A program made the position numbers and the translations under genes. The notes beneath the pieces were generated by a model. It made no database searches and had not been told where the DNA came from. It worked only from the letters and a program-made list of their open reading frames with translations. DNA of 64,000 bases from Octopus bimaculoides. Taxonomy: Eukaryota. Positions 49,656 through 63,130 of this stretch are shown here, one piece after another (within the stretch, counting starts at the first letter, position 1; each line of letters starts with the position of its first letter). Location: the NCBI RefSeq assembly GCF_001194135.2, contig NC_069007.1, positions 11,493,691 through 11,557,690 of the forward strand, given 5' to 3'.

Positions 49656-49963
49656 GAATCTTGTGGTTAGTAGTCTGCGCTCTTAACCACTACACCATAT
49701 GCCCATGAGCATATGGCATAATAGTTAAGAGTGCGGGCTACTAACCCTAAGATTCCGAGTTCAATTCTATGCAGTGACCTGAATAATAATAATAATAACA
49801 TTGAAAAATACCTTAGGAATGAGAACCCAAGTTCGAAATTTCCCCAAGTCACCTGATGAAGGCTGGAGGGCCGAAACATTGTGTTAACAACAAACAAGAT
49901 GAGGATGAATATCCGTCAAATATAAATAATGTAAATAATTCCTCATCTCTTAAATATAGAACT
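49656..49963 (+). mobile_element. Second locus of the tRNA-headed hammerhead element: short inverted head plus full + arm
   Basis: 49657-49702 vs reverse complement of 49709-49754: 37/46 identical; the arms share the central CATG; then box B, (AAT)n and the body. Confidence 0.85.
49850..49883 (+). ncRNA. Minimal hammerhead motif with shortened stem II
   Basis: CAC-CUGAUGA-A-GGC-UGGAGG-GCC-GAAACAUU-GUG. Confidence 0.7.
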
Positions 49964-50559
49964 GTAGTAGTAGTTCTTGCCGTGTAGCCTCAAGTCATCT
50001 CTGACTGAATAGACTTGAGAGTCACACTCGCTTGTGAGTGTCATTTATATTTTTACATGAAATATTAATAAACGACAACAGATTAAAATTATTAATAAAT
50101 AGATAATTATTATTGATTATTAATAAATAGATAATTATTATTGATTATTCTGTTGTAAAAGGTAGAAAGCTGGCAGAGCTGTAAGCATCCCAAGGAACAA
50201 TGCTTAGAAGCATTTCATCCATCTTTACATTCTGAGTTCAAATTCTGCCAAAGTCGACTTTACCTTTCATCATTTCGGGGTCGCTAAAGTGAGAACTATT
50301 TGAATACTGGGGTCAATGTAATTGACTTACCCCATGCCCTGAAGTTGCTGGCCTTGTACCAAAAGATGAAACCATTATTATGCTGTTATAGGTGCAAATG
50401 TGGCTGTGTGGTAAGAAGCTTGCTTCCCAACCGCATGGTTCTGCTTTATGTGCAGTAAACCTGTAAACTTATGATTCAAGGCAGCAGTTTTCAACCCTTT
50501 ATAATCTATTATATTAAATATTTAATATACTATGATCTATTATACTAAATATTAAAACA

Positions 50560-51440
50560 CGATGGCTGTGTAGTAAAAGGCTTGCTTCCTAACCACATGG
50601 TTCTAGGTTCAGTCCCGCTGCGTGGCACCTTGGGCAATGTAAATAATGTAGTCTCAGGCTGACCAAAGCTTTGTGAGTAGATTCTTTTACTTGTTTCAGT
50701 CATTGACTGCAGCCATGCTGGAGCACCGCCTTCAGTCGAGCAAATCGATCCCAAGATTTATTCTCTGTAAGCCTAGTACTTATTCTATCGGTTGCCGAAC
50801 CGCTGAGTTACAGGGACGTAAACACACCAGCATCAGTTGNNNNNNNNNNNNNNNNNNNNNNNNNNNNNNNNNNNNNNNNNNNNNNNNNNNNNNNNNNNNN
50901 NNNNNNNNNNNNNNNNNNNNNNNNNNNNNNNNNNNNNNNNNNNNNNNNNNNNNNNNNNNNNNNNNNNNNNNNNNNNNNNNNNNNNNNNNNNNNNNNNNNN
51001 NNNNNNNNNNNNNNATATACATACGACGGGCTTCTTTCAGGTTCCATCTACCAAATCCACTCACAAGGCTTTGGTCGGCCCAAGGCTATTGTAAAAGACA
51101 CTTGCCCAAGGTGCCACACAGTGGGACTGAACCCAGAACCACATGGTTGGTAAGCAAGCTTCTTACCACACAGCCACTCCTGCGCCTATATATACATATA
51201 TATATATATATACATATATGTATGTATGTATTTACATGTGAGTCTGTTTGTGCCCCACCATTGCTTGACAACCAATGTTGGTGTGTTTACGTCCCTGTAG
51301 CTTAGGAGTTTGGCAAAAGAGATCGATAGAATAAATACTAGGCTTACAAAGAATATATCCTGGGGTTGATTTGTTTGACTAAAGTTTGTGCTCCAGCATG
51401 GCTGCAGTCAGATGACTGAATCAAGTGAAAGAAGAAAAGA
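50560..51440. mobile_element. Family B SINE (-, 50683-51186) nested inside a family B SINE (+, head 50560-50680, tail 51240-51440)
   Basis: A + head, a complete - copy (with gap) and then a + tail. Confidence 0.7.
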
Positions 51441-52879
51441 ACATCATGAAGTGATAAAGAATATTACAGTGTTGTATCAATGTTTAGCGGTCTTAACATT
51501 CTGAGTTCAAATTCCACCGCGGTCAACTTTGCCTTTCATCTTTTCATGGTCGGTAAATTAAGTACCAGTTGCATACTGAATCATCTTATCAACTGGTCCC
51601 CTCCCTAAAAACTTCGGGCCTTGTACCTTGAGTAGAAAAGAATACTATACTCACATAACTAATGATGTACTCTAGAAATTATCATAAACATTTAAATAAG
51701 ATGAGAGAGAGCAAAGAAAAAGCTATGGAAATTATGTTTGTCTCCTGCAATGAGATGAGAAGTCAGTTCTGGTGTTTTTTTTTTCCTTGTGTGTTTTTGT
51801 TGACAAGTGATTCACCAAGACTGACTAATGCCCAAAGCATTTGGCAAAATACTGTGCTTGAGAAGTCCTGTCTAGCTGAGTGAGTTTGTAGTCATGACTA
51901 ATGCCAGTGTTTCATAACTAGCACCCATGATGATGGCATGTAAAATGGTTGGCATCAGGAAGGGCATCCAGCTGTAGAAGCCGTGTGAAATCAGGCTGGG
52001 ACCTGGTGCAGCTCCCTAGCTCACCAGTTTTCAGTCAACCCATGCCAGAATGGAAACAGATGTTCAACAGTGATGATGATGTTTGTTTCTGTGTCTCCCT
52101 GCACTTCCAGCTCATCCACCACCCAAAATGGCCATTGCTAAAGAATCCACACCAAAATATCCGTACCCAATCATCTTGTTCCATAATTACATTAAACCCC
52201 AGACAAATGAAAAACTAATTTAACACTGATTGGATTTGAACTGTGAATGTTACAAGGCAAATCTAAATATTTAAAAAAAAAAAAGAAAAAAAAAAAGTTT
52301 GGTCTCACAGATTGACTGGTTCTACCTTGTATTTCAGCTTCCACTTTCAACCAATTCTCAAATATTGATTTCTAGTGTCTGCTAAAATGGTAAAGGACCT
52401 TTATCAATAAAAAAAATAATAATATTTGTTATGATACTGAAGGAATTCTTTAGAATTCTTTAATGTCTGTATTTGTTTTTGATTTTTCATGGTTTTCTAA
52501 TATCTTTTACACCTTTTAACACTATTTCTTTTATCTAGAATGCTGTTAAAACAAATTACTGCTATGAAATCAAAAAGAAAGCATTTTACTGATAAATATT
52601 AAGAAAGCAGTTAAAAATAGTTTGGACCATTTTATAAAAAGATGGAAAATTGGCCAAACGTCAGACAAGATGTCTTGCAGTGACCATTCTGGCTCTTGGT
52701 ATTTTGAGTTCAAATTGCACCTGATTCAGGGTTAACTAGCTGACCACAATAGTGCTCCTCTGTTCCCACAGTGGACAAGCCTACAAACAGATTAGATATA
52801 TCTACAATAGCATATTGCAATTATATGCAATAGGGGATGAAAAATGGTTAAAGGGAATAGATAAGTAACTTTTTGAATA

Positions 52880-53270
52880 TATCTCCAGGCATGGAGAGAT
52901 ACATTGCTTCCCAACCACATGGTTTGGCGTTCAGTCCCACTGTGTGGCCCCTTGGGCAACTGTCTTTTACTCTAGTTTTGTGCTGACCAAAGCCTTGTGA
53001 GTGGATTTGGTACACAGAAACTGAAAGAAGCCTGTTGTGTGTGTGTGTCTTAGTGTCTGTGTTTGTCCGCTTCAACTGCTTGATAACCAGTGTTAGTGTG
53101 TTTACATCCCTGTAATACATGAACTGTTCAGAAAAAGTGACCAAAAGAATGAATAACGAGCTTTAAAAAAAAAAAGGTACTGAGGTCAGTCAGTTTGACT
53201 AAAATTCCTCAAGGCAATGCTGTAATAAATTGCATGGCTGCCATCCAATGACTGAAACAAGTAAGAGATA
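52880..53270 (+). mobile_element. Degraded SINE family B
   Basis: Head, CORE-like segment and tail motifs recognisable. Confidence 0.7.
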
Positions 53271-53398
53271 ATAGATTGGGATTACTTCCCTTCGTTTATT
53301 TTTAATTATGCTAATCATACTGACAAAAGTATTTCTAAACTTTTCTCAATTTGTGAAACTCTGCCTCAAGTGATCAGCAGACCTGGTTAGATTGTTTT

Positions 53399-53434
53399 AT
53401 GCTGATGAGGCCTGATAGACTGAAACAGGTCTAT
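53399..53434 (+). ncRNA. Hammerhead-like motif of a third sequence family
   Basis: AUG-CUGAUGA-GGCC-UGAUA-GACU-GAAACAGGUC-UAU; both cores and the GUC triplet intact, stem II has one mismatch and one wobble, stem III is one change from ACCGGU. Confidence 0.5.
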
Positions 53435-54121
53435 TGTTGCTCCCCTTGACTTTGAGTAAACAAGTAAATTATGTTCATAAATTCAATTCTTAATTACTTG
53501 AAATTATTTCCCCGTTTCTTTAGGAATTTCCTAACAGTTATTGATGGGTTTTAGGTTATACCAATCTTTATCCAGTGGGGTGGAGGAAAGTTGGGGCTCT
53601 GCATGGTCACAAAACATTGCTAGAAACAGAAGTCAAATGAAGTGAAGTAACACATAAATTAATATAGTCTTTGATAGACAATGTCTCTCATAATTGATTT
53701 TCTTATACAAATAATGGATTGAAAGATTAACTTCCTTGTCTTTGTGCAAATGTAGTATAATCTTGGATTGTGTAGGGAAAGAGGATACACACACATATAA
53801 CTATATATATAACACAAATATACATACACACACACACAGAGGTAGAATAGAGAGTTATGTATGCTTTTGTTCAATCCCTCAAAGGTCTCACCATCCCCTC
53901 AAGGAATATTTTTTGCTGTTTGGAATATAATTGTCAATAGTTCTTATGAACTTACTGATATCACCTCATCTATCTATCTGTTTGTCTGCCAGTCTGTCTG
54001 TTTGTCTACGTATGTATGTATGTATATACGTATGTATGTATCTGTCTATCAATCTATCTCCCTACCTATGTATGTATGTATATAAGTGTCTAACTATCTC
54101 TCTCTATATATATGATGTACA

Positions 54122-54174
<53 letters not shown>

Positions 54175-54349
54175 GTCTCTGTCTGTTTCTCTCCCTATCC
54201 ATTTATCTGTCTGTCTACCTAATCTGTCTGTCTGTCTGTTTGTCTGCCTGCCTGTCTATCTGTCAGTCTGTTTGTCTTATCAATTTATTTATCTGTTTGT
54301 TTGTCTGTCTATTTATCTATCTAGCTATCTGTCCGTCTGTCCATCCACA

Positions 54350-54386
<37 letters not shown>

Positions 54387-55739
54387 ACACACATAAATAT
54401 GTGTGTGTGTATATGAGCATACACACAAACGATATTTACATGTACATTTGTATGTCTTTGTATATGTACACACGCAAACACAGAAACACATTTCCAAACA
54501 GGCAGATACATATATACACAGACACATATAATTAATATTTAAACTGGGATAGAATATACTTCATTGTCTCATTGTGTCTATGTCGAAATTCTTCACTTGG
54601 CTCCATTGATAAATGATTTCTTGTCATCGCTTGTTGTTATTGTTTCGCTAAGAAACTTTCCTCTTTTCATAAATTTGTTGTTGTTGTTTGAGATGGTGCT
54701 GGTGGCAGTAGTGGTGGTGATATTTCTGTCGTTGTTGTTGTTGTAGTTGATGTTGACTTTTCTCAGATTTTGATTTATTGTTCAGCCTCAAGCAGATATA
54801 GCTTTGTGGCGAAGTAGTTCATTTATGAACTTCTCGGTGTTGAGTTCAATCTCATTGTGTGGCACCTTGGGCAGTGCATGCGTATTCTATTATAAGCCCT
54901 AGGATGACCAATACTTTGTGAGTGAATTTACTTGACAGAAACTGTAAGAAGCCTGTTGTGTGTGTGTGTGTGTTAATGGTTACTGATATGTCCCAGTGGC
55001 GATATTGTCCGAACCCTCATCGCCACTGATATGTCCCATGATGACGCCAACAAATGGTGACATCAACTTCTGTAGTCCAACCCAAAACAGTAATCTATCA
55101 TCATTGGTGAGTTGGTAGCATTGGCATCTGTCCACCTTTCCTGTCAACAGATCATCTACTAGTTCCTCTGGAATAAAATAGTCTCTCTTACCTGATAATT
55201 AACAGGAAAGGTTCAACAACAGGAAGAGCATCCACCTGTAAAAGTCCTGCTTCAAATAAAAGAAAATGTCCCAAATACTCAAATAAGTCTTTTGGAAAAC
55301 AGTGACAACAATAACAACAACGATTCTTACATGATTCTAAATACTCTGATTGGCTGCTGTGGGAAGACAAATCTCCTTTCAGCACTAAATGGAAAGATAG
55401 TAATTTGGAGGTCTGTCACAGTTACAAGAATAAAAATGTTGGAAAGTATTTTTCAATCCAACAGTATTTCTTTGGCACAAGAAAGATTTGAGGAAAAGAT
55501 GAAGAGAGAAATTACATCTCCCTGCTTATGAGAAGATAGTAGCAAATAAAAAAAAGGACAATAGACCATGCAACTTTCATCTGTAAATATTATGCCTTCT
55601 TCATCACACAATGGAAGTCTGATACTACAGGTTGGTACTCTTAGAGGATGAAGTTTTTACTCCTCTGTTTGTAATAAAGGGCCTAAAACTATTTCCTTCA
55701 CTCTTTCCTCCCCAGAGTTTTGGCAGATGTTGCCCTGGA

Positions 55740-56050
55740 AACTGGTGCTTGTTGTTCTTTTTGCTGTCCTCTTCTTCAGGACATTTACCTCTCAAGTGTG
55801 TTTTACTCCAACAAATATAACAACAAAACTCTCAACCCTGCATCATCAAACCTATCCCCTTTGTCTCCACACTTCTACTGGACACATTTCTGGTATCGCT
55901 CCATGACCTTTGGGGGTCATTAGGATTTGCAATTCCATTTTGATGTCCCCTGACCATACGTTACTTTCCCTTAACCCCACTTTGACCATTTTCCCATAAT
56001 GCAACACAGAACTCACCACTAACCATGGGTCCACATCATGTCTAATATCA
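55740..56050 (-). mobile_element. Decayed LINE ORF1 (gag-like) with CCHC zinc knuckle
   Basis: CYICWSKTHLRGKC (C-x2-C-x4-H-x4-C) at 55781-55822, downstream of ORF 55852-56034; stops in between. Confidence 0.65.
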
Positions 56051-56369
56051 CTTCATAAATAAGTACTGGGGTCGATTCATTTGACAATTCTTCGAAGCAG
56101 TGCTCCAGCATGGCTGCAGTCTAATGACTGAATCAAGTAAAAGATATATATATGGTTAAACATTTCTATATATGGTTAAACATCTTTCACCCACACCCTT
56201 AGTAATTTCTAAAGTTAGTAGGTTTTGTTTTTTACTTTCCGTGTTATCTTTTTCCTTTCTTTGTAACCTCAGGTGAACGTTTCAGATCTTTTCAAACTCA
56301 TTTAATTAATAAAGAAGAGATTGTTAATCATTATAACTGTTATTATTATTAATATTATTGTTGTTGTTA

Positions 56370-57200
56370 CAGAGGTGATCTGGTAAATTTGTTGACACAT
56401 CGGAATATTTAGTAGCATTTCATCTGTCTTCGTGTTCAGAGCCCAAATTCTGCCAAGGGTGGCTTTGTCTTTCATCCTTTTAGAGTTAATACAATAAAGT
56501 ACCAGTTGATCACTGGGGGTCGATATAATCAACTAGACCCCTCCTTCGAAAGTTCAGGCTTTGTGTCTGTAGCTGAAAGTATTAATGTTATTATTGTTGC
56601 TGGCATTGAACAAAAGTGTTTCTTCATTTTCTTTATATTCTTTGTTGAAATCTCAGTTTGGACAAATTTGCCATTTATTCTTCCAAGGTTAATAAAATAA
56701 ATTTCTGGCCTTGTGCCTTCAGTAGAAAGGATTATTTTTTCATCTCACAGCAGCAAGCTGGCAGAACCGTTAGCATGCTGGGCAAAATACCTAGTGGTAT
56801 TTCATCCTTCTTTATGTTCTGTGTTCAAATTCTGTGAAGGTTGACTTTGCCTTTCATCCTTTTTGGGGTCAATGAAATAAGTACCATCTGAGAACTGGGG
56901 TCAGTGTAATCAACTTAACCCTACCCCAGAATTGCTGGCCTTGTGCCAAAATTTGAAACCTTAATTATTATTATGAAAAAAGCAGTGAGTTGGCAGAATT
57001 GTTAGCATGCTTGATAAAATACTTGATAGCATTTCATCAGGCTTTACATTCTGAGTTCAAATTCCACCGAGGTTGACTTTGCCTTTTATCTTTTTGGAAT
57101 TGATACTATAAAGTACTCATTAACCACAGGAATCGCTGTAGTCAACGAACCCCTCCCTCAAAACTTCAGGCCTTGTACTTACCACAGAAAGGATTATTAT
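56370..57200 (+). mobile_element. Head-to-tail cluster of three family A SINEs plus a tail fragment
   Basis: Copies ~56370-56585, 56748-56960, 56980-57200, with ATT-rich linkers. Confidence 0.8.
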
Positions 57201-57904
57201 TATCAATCTTGGTAAACTGTGTCTACATCTTGTTAATCTCCTCAACCAATGCTTGTCTGTTTATTTAGATTTATTTACTAAGTTTCTACCAAACACAGAT
57301 TAATTATCAACTCACATCAATAGTTTTGGTTTATTTTATCTTCCCATTATTTACATTTGGTATGTAGTGTGAGTCGGTGAGTGGGGGTATTTCTTCTTCC
57401 AATATATTCCCCAGAAATCTTATCAAATACCAACAAATCCAAACTCGCCCTCTTCCCCTTGCAAATATTAATGACTCCAACATTAACATCAGCGACAATA
57501 AAACAAAAATGATGGAACGATAAAAATATTGATGACAACAACAGTCACCGGAATAATAATAATAATAATAATAATAGCAATAAAATAATAATAAGAAGAA
57601 TGATATCTTTAATTTCAAAAAAATACAAAATATATTGAACAACAGCAACAACAATCTGAATCAATAGAAGGCTATATTTGATACCTGCAAGGAGAAATTT
57701 ATAACAAACACAGAATTTTGTTCAGAACTGAAACAAAAAAGTAATAATTTTTAAATATGAAAATATGAATTTATAAAATAAAACTTAGAGATTTTAGAAA
57801 TAGAATAACAGAANNNNNNNNNNTTATGTGTTCTTTCTTTTCTATTCTCAACAATTTATATCCATGGGAATATGTCAAGTGGTGATTTGTAGAATATATA
57901 GAAC

Positions 57905-58325
57905 AGTGATGATGATGATGACGACGATGATGACGATGATGATGACGACGATGATGACGATGATGATGATGACGATGACGATGATGACGATGATGATGAC
58001 GATAATGATGATGACGACGATGATGATGACGACGATGATGATGATGACGATGATGATGATGGCGATAATGACGATGATGATGATGACGATGATGACAATG
58101 ACGACGATGACGATGACGACGATGACGATGACGACGATGATGATGATGATGATGGTGATGACTATGATGGTAATGGTGATGATGGCGGTGGTGGTGATGA
58201 TGAAAATAGTGAGGATGATTACGATGATAATGATGCTCAGTTCTGCTAGTGACGATGGCTATGGGTGGCTGATAATGTTAATAAGGACATTGATGATGAT
58301 GATGATGATGATAATGATGATGACT
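57905..58325. repeat. (GAT/GAC)n trinucleotide array
   Basis: Explains the poly-M and poly-S ORFs at 57828-58412. Confidence 0.95.
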
Positions 58326-59025
58326 ATTGAGGGCGTTTCTATCTCCTTTATCCCAGTTTCTGTAAATTTTTTTTTTTTTTTTTTTTTTTCTTTGTGTGGC
58401 AGACGAAATTGAAAGGACTGAAGACAGACACTTTCCTCTTTGGCCGAGCCCTCATCGATTTTTTAAAATCCCNNNNNNNNNNNNNNNNNNNNNNNNNNNN
58501 NNNNNNNNNNNNNNNNNNNNNNNNNNNNNNNNNNNNNNNNNNNNNNNNNNNNNNNNNNNNNNNNNNNNNNNNNNNNNNNNNNNNNNNNNNNNNNNNNNNN
58601 NNNNNNNNNNNNNNNNNNNNNNNNNNNNNNNNNNNNNNNNNNNNNNNNNNNNNNNNNNNNNNNNNNNNNNNNNNNNNNNNNNNNNNNNNNNNNNNNNNNN
58701 NNNNNNNNNNNNNNNNNNNNNNNNNNNNNNNNNNNNNNNNNNNNTCTAAGTTGATGCCTTTAGAAGTAGGGAGGAGAGGTGAGCACTTGCCATGGTATTC
58801 CTGATGAGTTGAGAGACTCAAGATCTGTGGGGTTCTTTGATTGCCCCTGGGTAGAGATTCCCTGCATTTTTAGGGAATTTGTTTGTTAAAAATTTTGTTA
58901 AATTGTTTTTGTTTCAATCGTTTAAATGGTTTTAGTAAACCCCCACTGTTGTTTGTCTTTGTATTGTCATAAATATTATTCGCAGCCCTTGTGGCCAATA
59001 AAGAAAGAAAAGTTCTATATACGAA

Positions 59026-59081
<56 letters not shown>

Positions 59082-59104
59082 ATTGCCACTAATAAGAACA
59101 AACT

Positions 59105-59280
59105 ACTGCTAGAAATAGAAGACAAGTAACCCTGAAATCATACTCCACTAACTTAAAAAAGGAAGGCCACAATGTATAATGTAAATGATGGTATGGTCAT
59201 GGCTGGAATCATCTTTACTCACAATTCTGTTGGATCAGGGCTGAGCTGGGGCTAAACAACAATGACAGCAACAATATGAG
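59105..59280 (+). mobile_element. Unclassified interspersed repeat (family H) ending GGGGCTAAACAAC
   Basis: TGCTAGAAATAG...GGTCATGGCTGGAAT...GATCAGGGCTGAGCTGGGGCTAAACAAC; related pieces at ~11300-11960(-), 21895(-), 32260, 38640, 60730(-), 62600. Confidence 0.55.
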
Positions 59281-59419
59281 TCAATCAGAGTATGCTAGAT
59301 ATAGTAACCGATTCTACCTCATTAAAGGAAGGACATATAAGACAAGGTGATGCCTGATTTACAAACTGACAGGGTTGTCATAACTGGAGTGTCTTTAACC
59401 ATAAATTAGCACAATCAAC

Positions 59420-59910
59420 ACCACCACTGCCACCTACATCCAAACCATCACTACAACCCCTCTTTCTCCATCACACCACCTCAACTCTCTCTACTCCTAC
59501 TACCACCACTATTAATACCACTGTTACCTCTACTACTACCACTATTACCACCACCATCACAACTATACTACTACTGCTACAAACCCTACATCATCATCAT
59601 CACCAGCATCACTACCACCACCACCATCATCACCATAAACACCACTATTACTATCACTATCTCCAGCTCTACCACCACCATTACCACCACCACTGTTAGT
59701 AGCACTACTACTATTACCACCACTAACACCACTACAACTACTACCACCATCCCACCACCACCACTATCATTATTATAAACGCCACCACCACCAGCATCAT
59801 CACTATAAATGCCACCGCCATCATCGCTATAAATGCCACTACCTCTACCACTATTTCCAGTACTCCACCACCACAGCCATTACCTCTACCACTCTAACTA
59901 CCACCCCCAC
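59420..59910. repeat. Degenerate (CAC/TAC)n array
   Basis: ACC/ACT trinucleotide runs. Confidence 0.9.
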
Positions 59911-62694
59911 TACTGTGACATATGCTATTAATTCAATCTGTTACATTTTTATTTTTGTGAAACCATTTTTGTTTTGAAAAACAAAAGTTAAGAAAAAAAA
60001 GAACATTTTTGGTGATATAAATTTATATTTCTTTACTTGGCTGGTTTTTATTGAAGTTGTTCAATATTTTCATTGATTTCTGTTTTTATTTTCGTTTATT
60101 GTTGTTGACTGGAAACAGTTCCCTAACCCTGCTCCCCTCTCCCCTGACTGTTTCCCCAACCCTCCCTACACCTTAACTCCCAACCCCACCACCTGCCTAA
60201 TCTGTATTCATTATTGATTTTTTATGAAAATAGAAAATAAGCATAATCGATCTGATTCGATCTGATTCGATCTGATTCGATCTGATTGCATGTGATCAGA
60301 TCTGTCATGAAGGTTTTGGTTCTCTTGGCTAATTTCAGATGATGGTCAGAAGCTTGTTGAAGGGGCAGGTGCGAGGGTGTGCAGGTGTGGGAGAAGGGTA
60401 GGGTGGGGTGCCAGTGTTTATGTCCAGCCATGTCCTTTGTTTCATTAGTGAAAATAATTGCTTCTCACATCTGTCAGGAGGTCATGCCCCTTTGGATTAT
60501 GGACTTAATCTGCCCACCTGGCTTTAATCACCATCATGCTTTAGGTCTCTCAAATGGACACCACCCTGGTGCAGATATTCTGACCTGGTCTCCATGTTTG
60601 ACGATACCTCCCCCCCTTCCCTCCACCATTCTTCTCAGGGGCCTAATAAAGGGTTTAAGTCCTTCCTGACTAAAAGATTAAAGAAAAAAAATTGTGGACA
60701 GAGAGGAGGTCGTAAGATAGCACCAAATTGTTGCTGTGGTTGTTGTTTAAGCCCAGATTAGTTCTGATCCATGATCAAAGATTCTCCAGCTGTGACCACC
60801 CTCTTTCTTTTCCTTTTTCGTTAGGGATTGTCTGACATAGTGTATATACAGCTGGGCTATATTATGCAGTGGGTTTTTCTTTTTAGATGGTAGGGTGTGC
60901 TTTGAGGGAGATTTTGTTGTTATTTCTAGAAAGAGGGGTGAACACACAGCTGCCCTATGTTGGTTTGCTCAGGTAGGACTTAGTGGTTGGGGTATTACAG
61001 AAGCTGGGGGTGAAGAGGTGAAATTAGTTTTAGAGAGAGTTAAAGCACAAAACCTCAATGTAGTAATTAAAGAGAAATTTGGTTGCTATTTCTAGCCGTT
61101 TCATGTGACCCCCCTCCCCCATAGAGGCTCCTTTGTTTAGCTGTGTTATTCTGTTTTAATAGCAAGGGGCTCCTTTGACCTTTGAGAAACCTTTAACACC
61201 ATTGATCTTCCAGAATCCCTCGCTACTCCAGCCACCCTGAGAAAGTCAAGGCAATAATGTTACAACACGATCCTTTGTGTGAAAGTTCCAGAAGGAAGCA
61301 GTCCTGGGAGTGGGTGAAGGATAGGGTACAGTGGAGAAATGGATTCAGTGACAGTTTGGGAAAGATCCTGGGTAGAGGTTGTTTTGGAAATTCATTGGAA
61401 ACAAGGTTGCATTGAATAGAATTAATAAGAAACCATGGACCTCCCTTTCTCTCTCATTCACCTTCTCACACCCTCCCTCTCTCTTTATCTATCTATCTAT
61501 CTATCTATCTATGTAACGTATGTACGTGTGTATGCTTGTATGTGTGTGTCTGTATATATATATATATAATTTCTTTATAAATCCTCACCTAGATCTACAC
61601 TCACTTTTACTCTCTTTCTCCTGCTTTCTTTCACTCTCTCTATCCCCCTTAACAATGATGTTGACACAGAAAGTAAAACAAACAACAAAAAAAGAATGAG
61701 TAAAACTAAAACAAAAAAGCAACAAAAAAAGTTTCGTTTACATTATTTCATAAAAACTATCCAACAACTAATAATATAAAATTGACATACAGTGTCAACT
61801 CTACATCACACTGATGACGATGACCACCACCACTGTCACCACCACCACCACCACCTTCATCGCCACTGTCACCACCACCTCCACCACCACCACTGTCACC
61901 ACCACACCACCACCACTATCATCACCAATATACATTATCAATATATCCCTCTACACTATCACATATCAAATATAGGTTGTATTGATTACTTCTCAATGTT
62001 CCCTCTTTTAATTGTAATCCCTCCAATATCTCCGATATCTCTTGATATCTCTTCATATCTCTCAATATCATAACGTATCTATAGCGATATAATCAGTGTG
62101 ATAAACCTTAAACCTGCTCCGTTGGATAAATTATGGTGTTTTTGTGATGTCCAGAATGTGGTGGCATGTTGAACAAGATAAAGTGTGTGTGGTGATGACA
62201 ACAAGGATGTCATTGATAGCGACGCCTGGTTGTCATCACCATCATCATCACAATCATCATTTTCATTGTTTCCTTCATCATAACTAATCACCCATCACCA
62301 ACATCCCCCTCCCTTCCTCCTCCTCCACTTCTTCCTCCACCTCTACCTCCCTTCCTCCTCCTCCACCTCTACCTCCTCTCCTTCCTCTTCTCTCTCCTTC
62401 CCTTCTTTCTCCTCTTCTATCTCCCCTTCCCTCCTTTTCTTCCCCTCCTTTTCTTCCCCTCCTCTTCCTCCTCCTCTTCTCTCTCCCCTCCTCCTCTTCA
62501 TCATAACCACCACCACCACCACCACCATCATTATTATCATTGACACACCATCATCATTATCAATGCTATTATCATTATCATTGTAATCTTCATCAACTTG
62601 CTTAAAATAGTAGCCAAATGTCCCTCAAATCACAATTACCTCCTTAATTACAAAAAGACTGATTGGATTATATAGTCCCACACAGCAGCTTTAA

Positions 62695-63130
62695 TCCTTT
62701 TGCATTTAATCTGGCCATACCCAGCCCCAGCCCAAATACTCTATCTGTTTCATGTTCAAACCATCCAGATCTAGCCTCTCACACCGACCTTACAATGTCA
62801 TTCTAAAGATAAACAATGACATCATTGAAATCTTGAAGCCCCAGGATAATACATGATTAATTCAAGACAATGTGAATAAATAAGAATTACGTTTGACAGA
62901 ATAATTTGAACACCGAGGGGTTAAACCAGCCATCATGTCTGGCTGAAATATTCTACTTGTTTTATGTTCAGACTAGCCAGGTCCAGCCTCTCACACCAAC
63001 CCTGTAATGCTGTTCTACAAATTAACAATCAGGTCATTGAAATCTTGAAGCTCCAAGATAATGCATGATTAATTCAAGACAATGAGAATAATTAAGCATA
63101 ACATTTGACAGGGTAATCTGAATGCTGGGA
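62695..63130. mobile_element. Two tandem copies of the second piggyBac-type MITE family
   Basis: TTAA at 62691-62694 and 62921-62924 flank copy 1; copy 2 starts at that TTAA and repeats the same internal sequence. Confidence 0.75.

Larger units (their letters stand above)
26262..58744. other. Assembly gaps (N) at ~26262, 26507-26648, 27003-27628, 35724-36288, 40409-41328, 48837-49458, 50840-51014, 57814, 58473-58744 (also 3705-3847)
   Basis: Runs of n, mostly adjoining (TA)n; span given is the envelope only. Confidence 0.98.

Noticed and set aside
55188-55385. Minus-strand exon ending at CAG|GTAAG
   Set aside because: The coding part overlaps a family E repeat fragment and an (AAC)n run; no convincing acceptor.
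57828-58412. 194-aa Met-rich ORF and the opposite poly-Ser ORF
   Set aside because: (GAT)n array; no coding context.
58800-58830. CCTGATGAG motif (also ctgatga at ~367 and ~12628, and on - at ~20487 and ~45897)
   Set aside because: No correctly placed GAAA or no paired stem II.
60251-60287. (TCTGATTCGA)x4, and small tandem duplications at ~50088 and ~56146
   Set aside because: Ordinary slippage products with no further structure.
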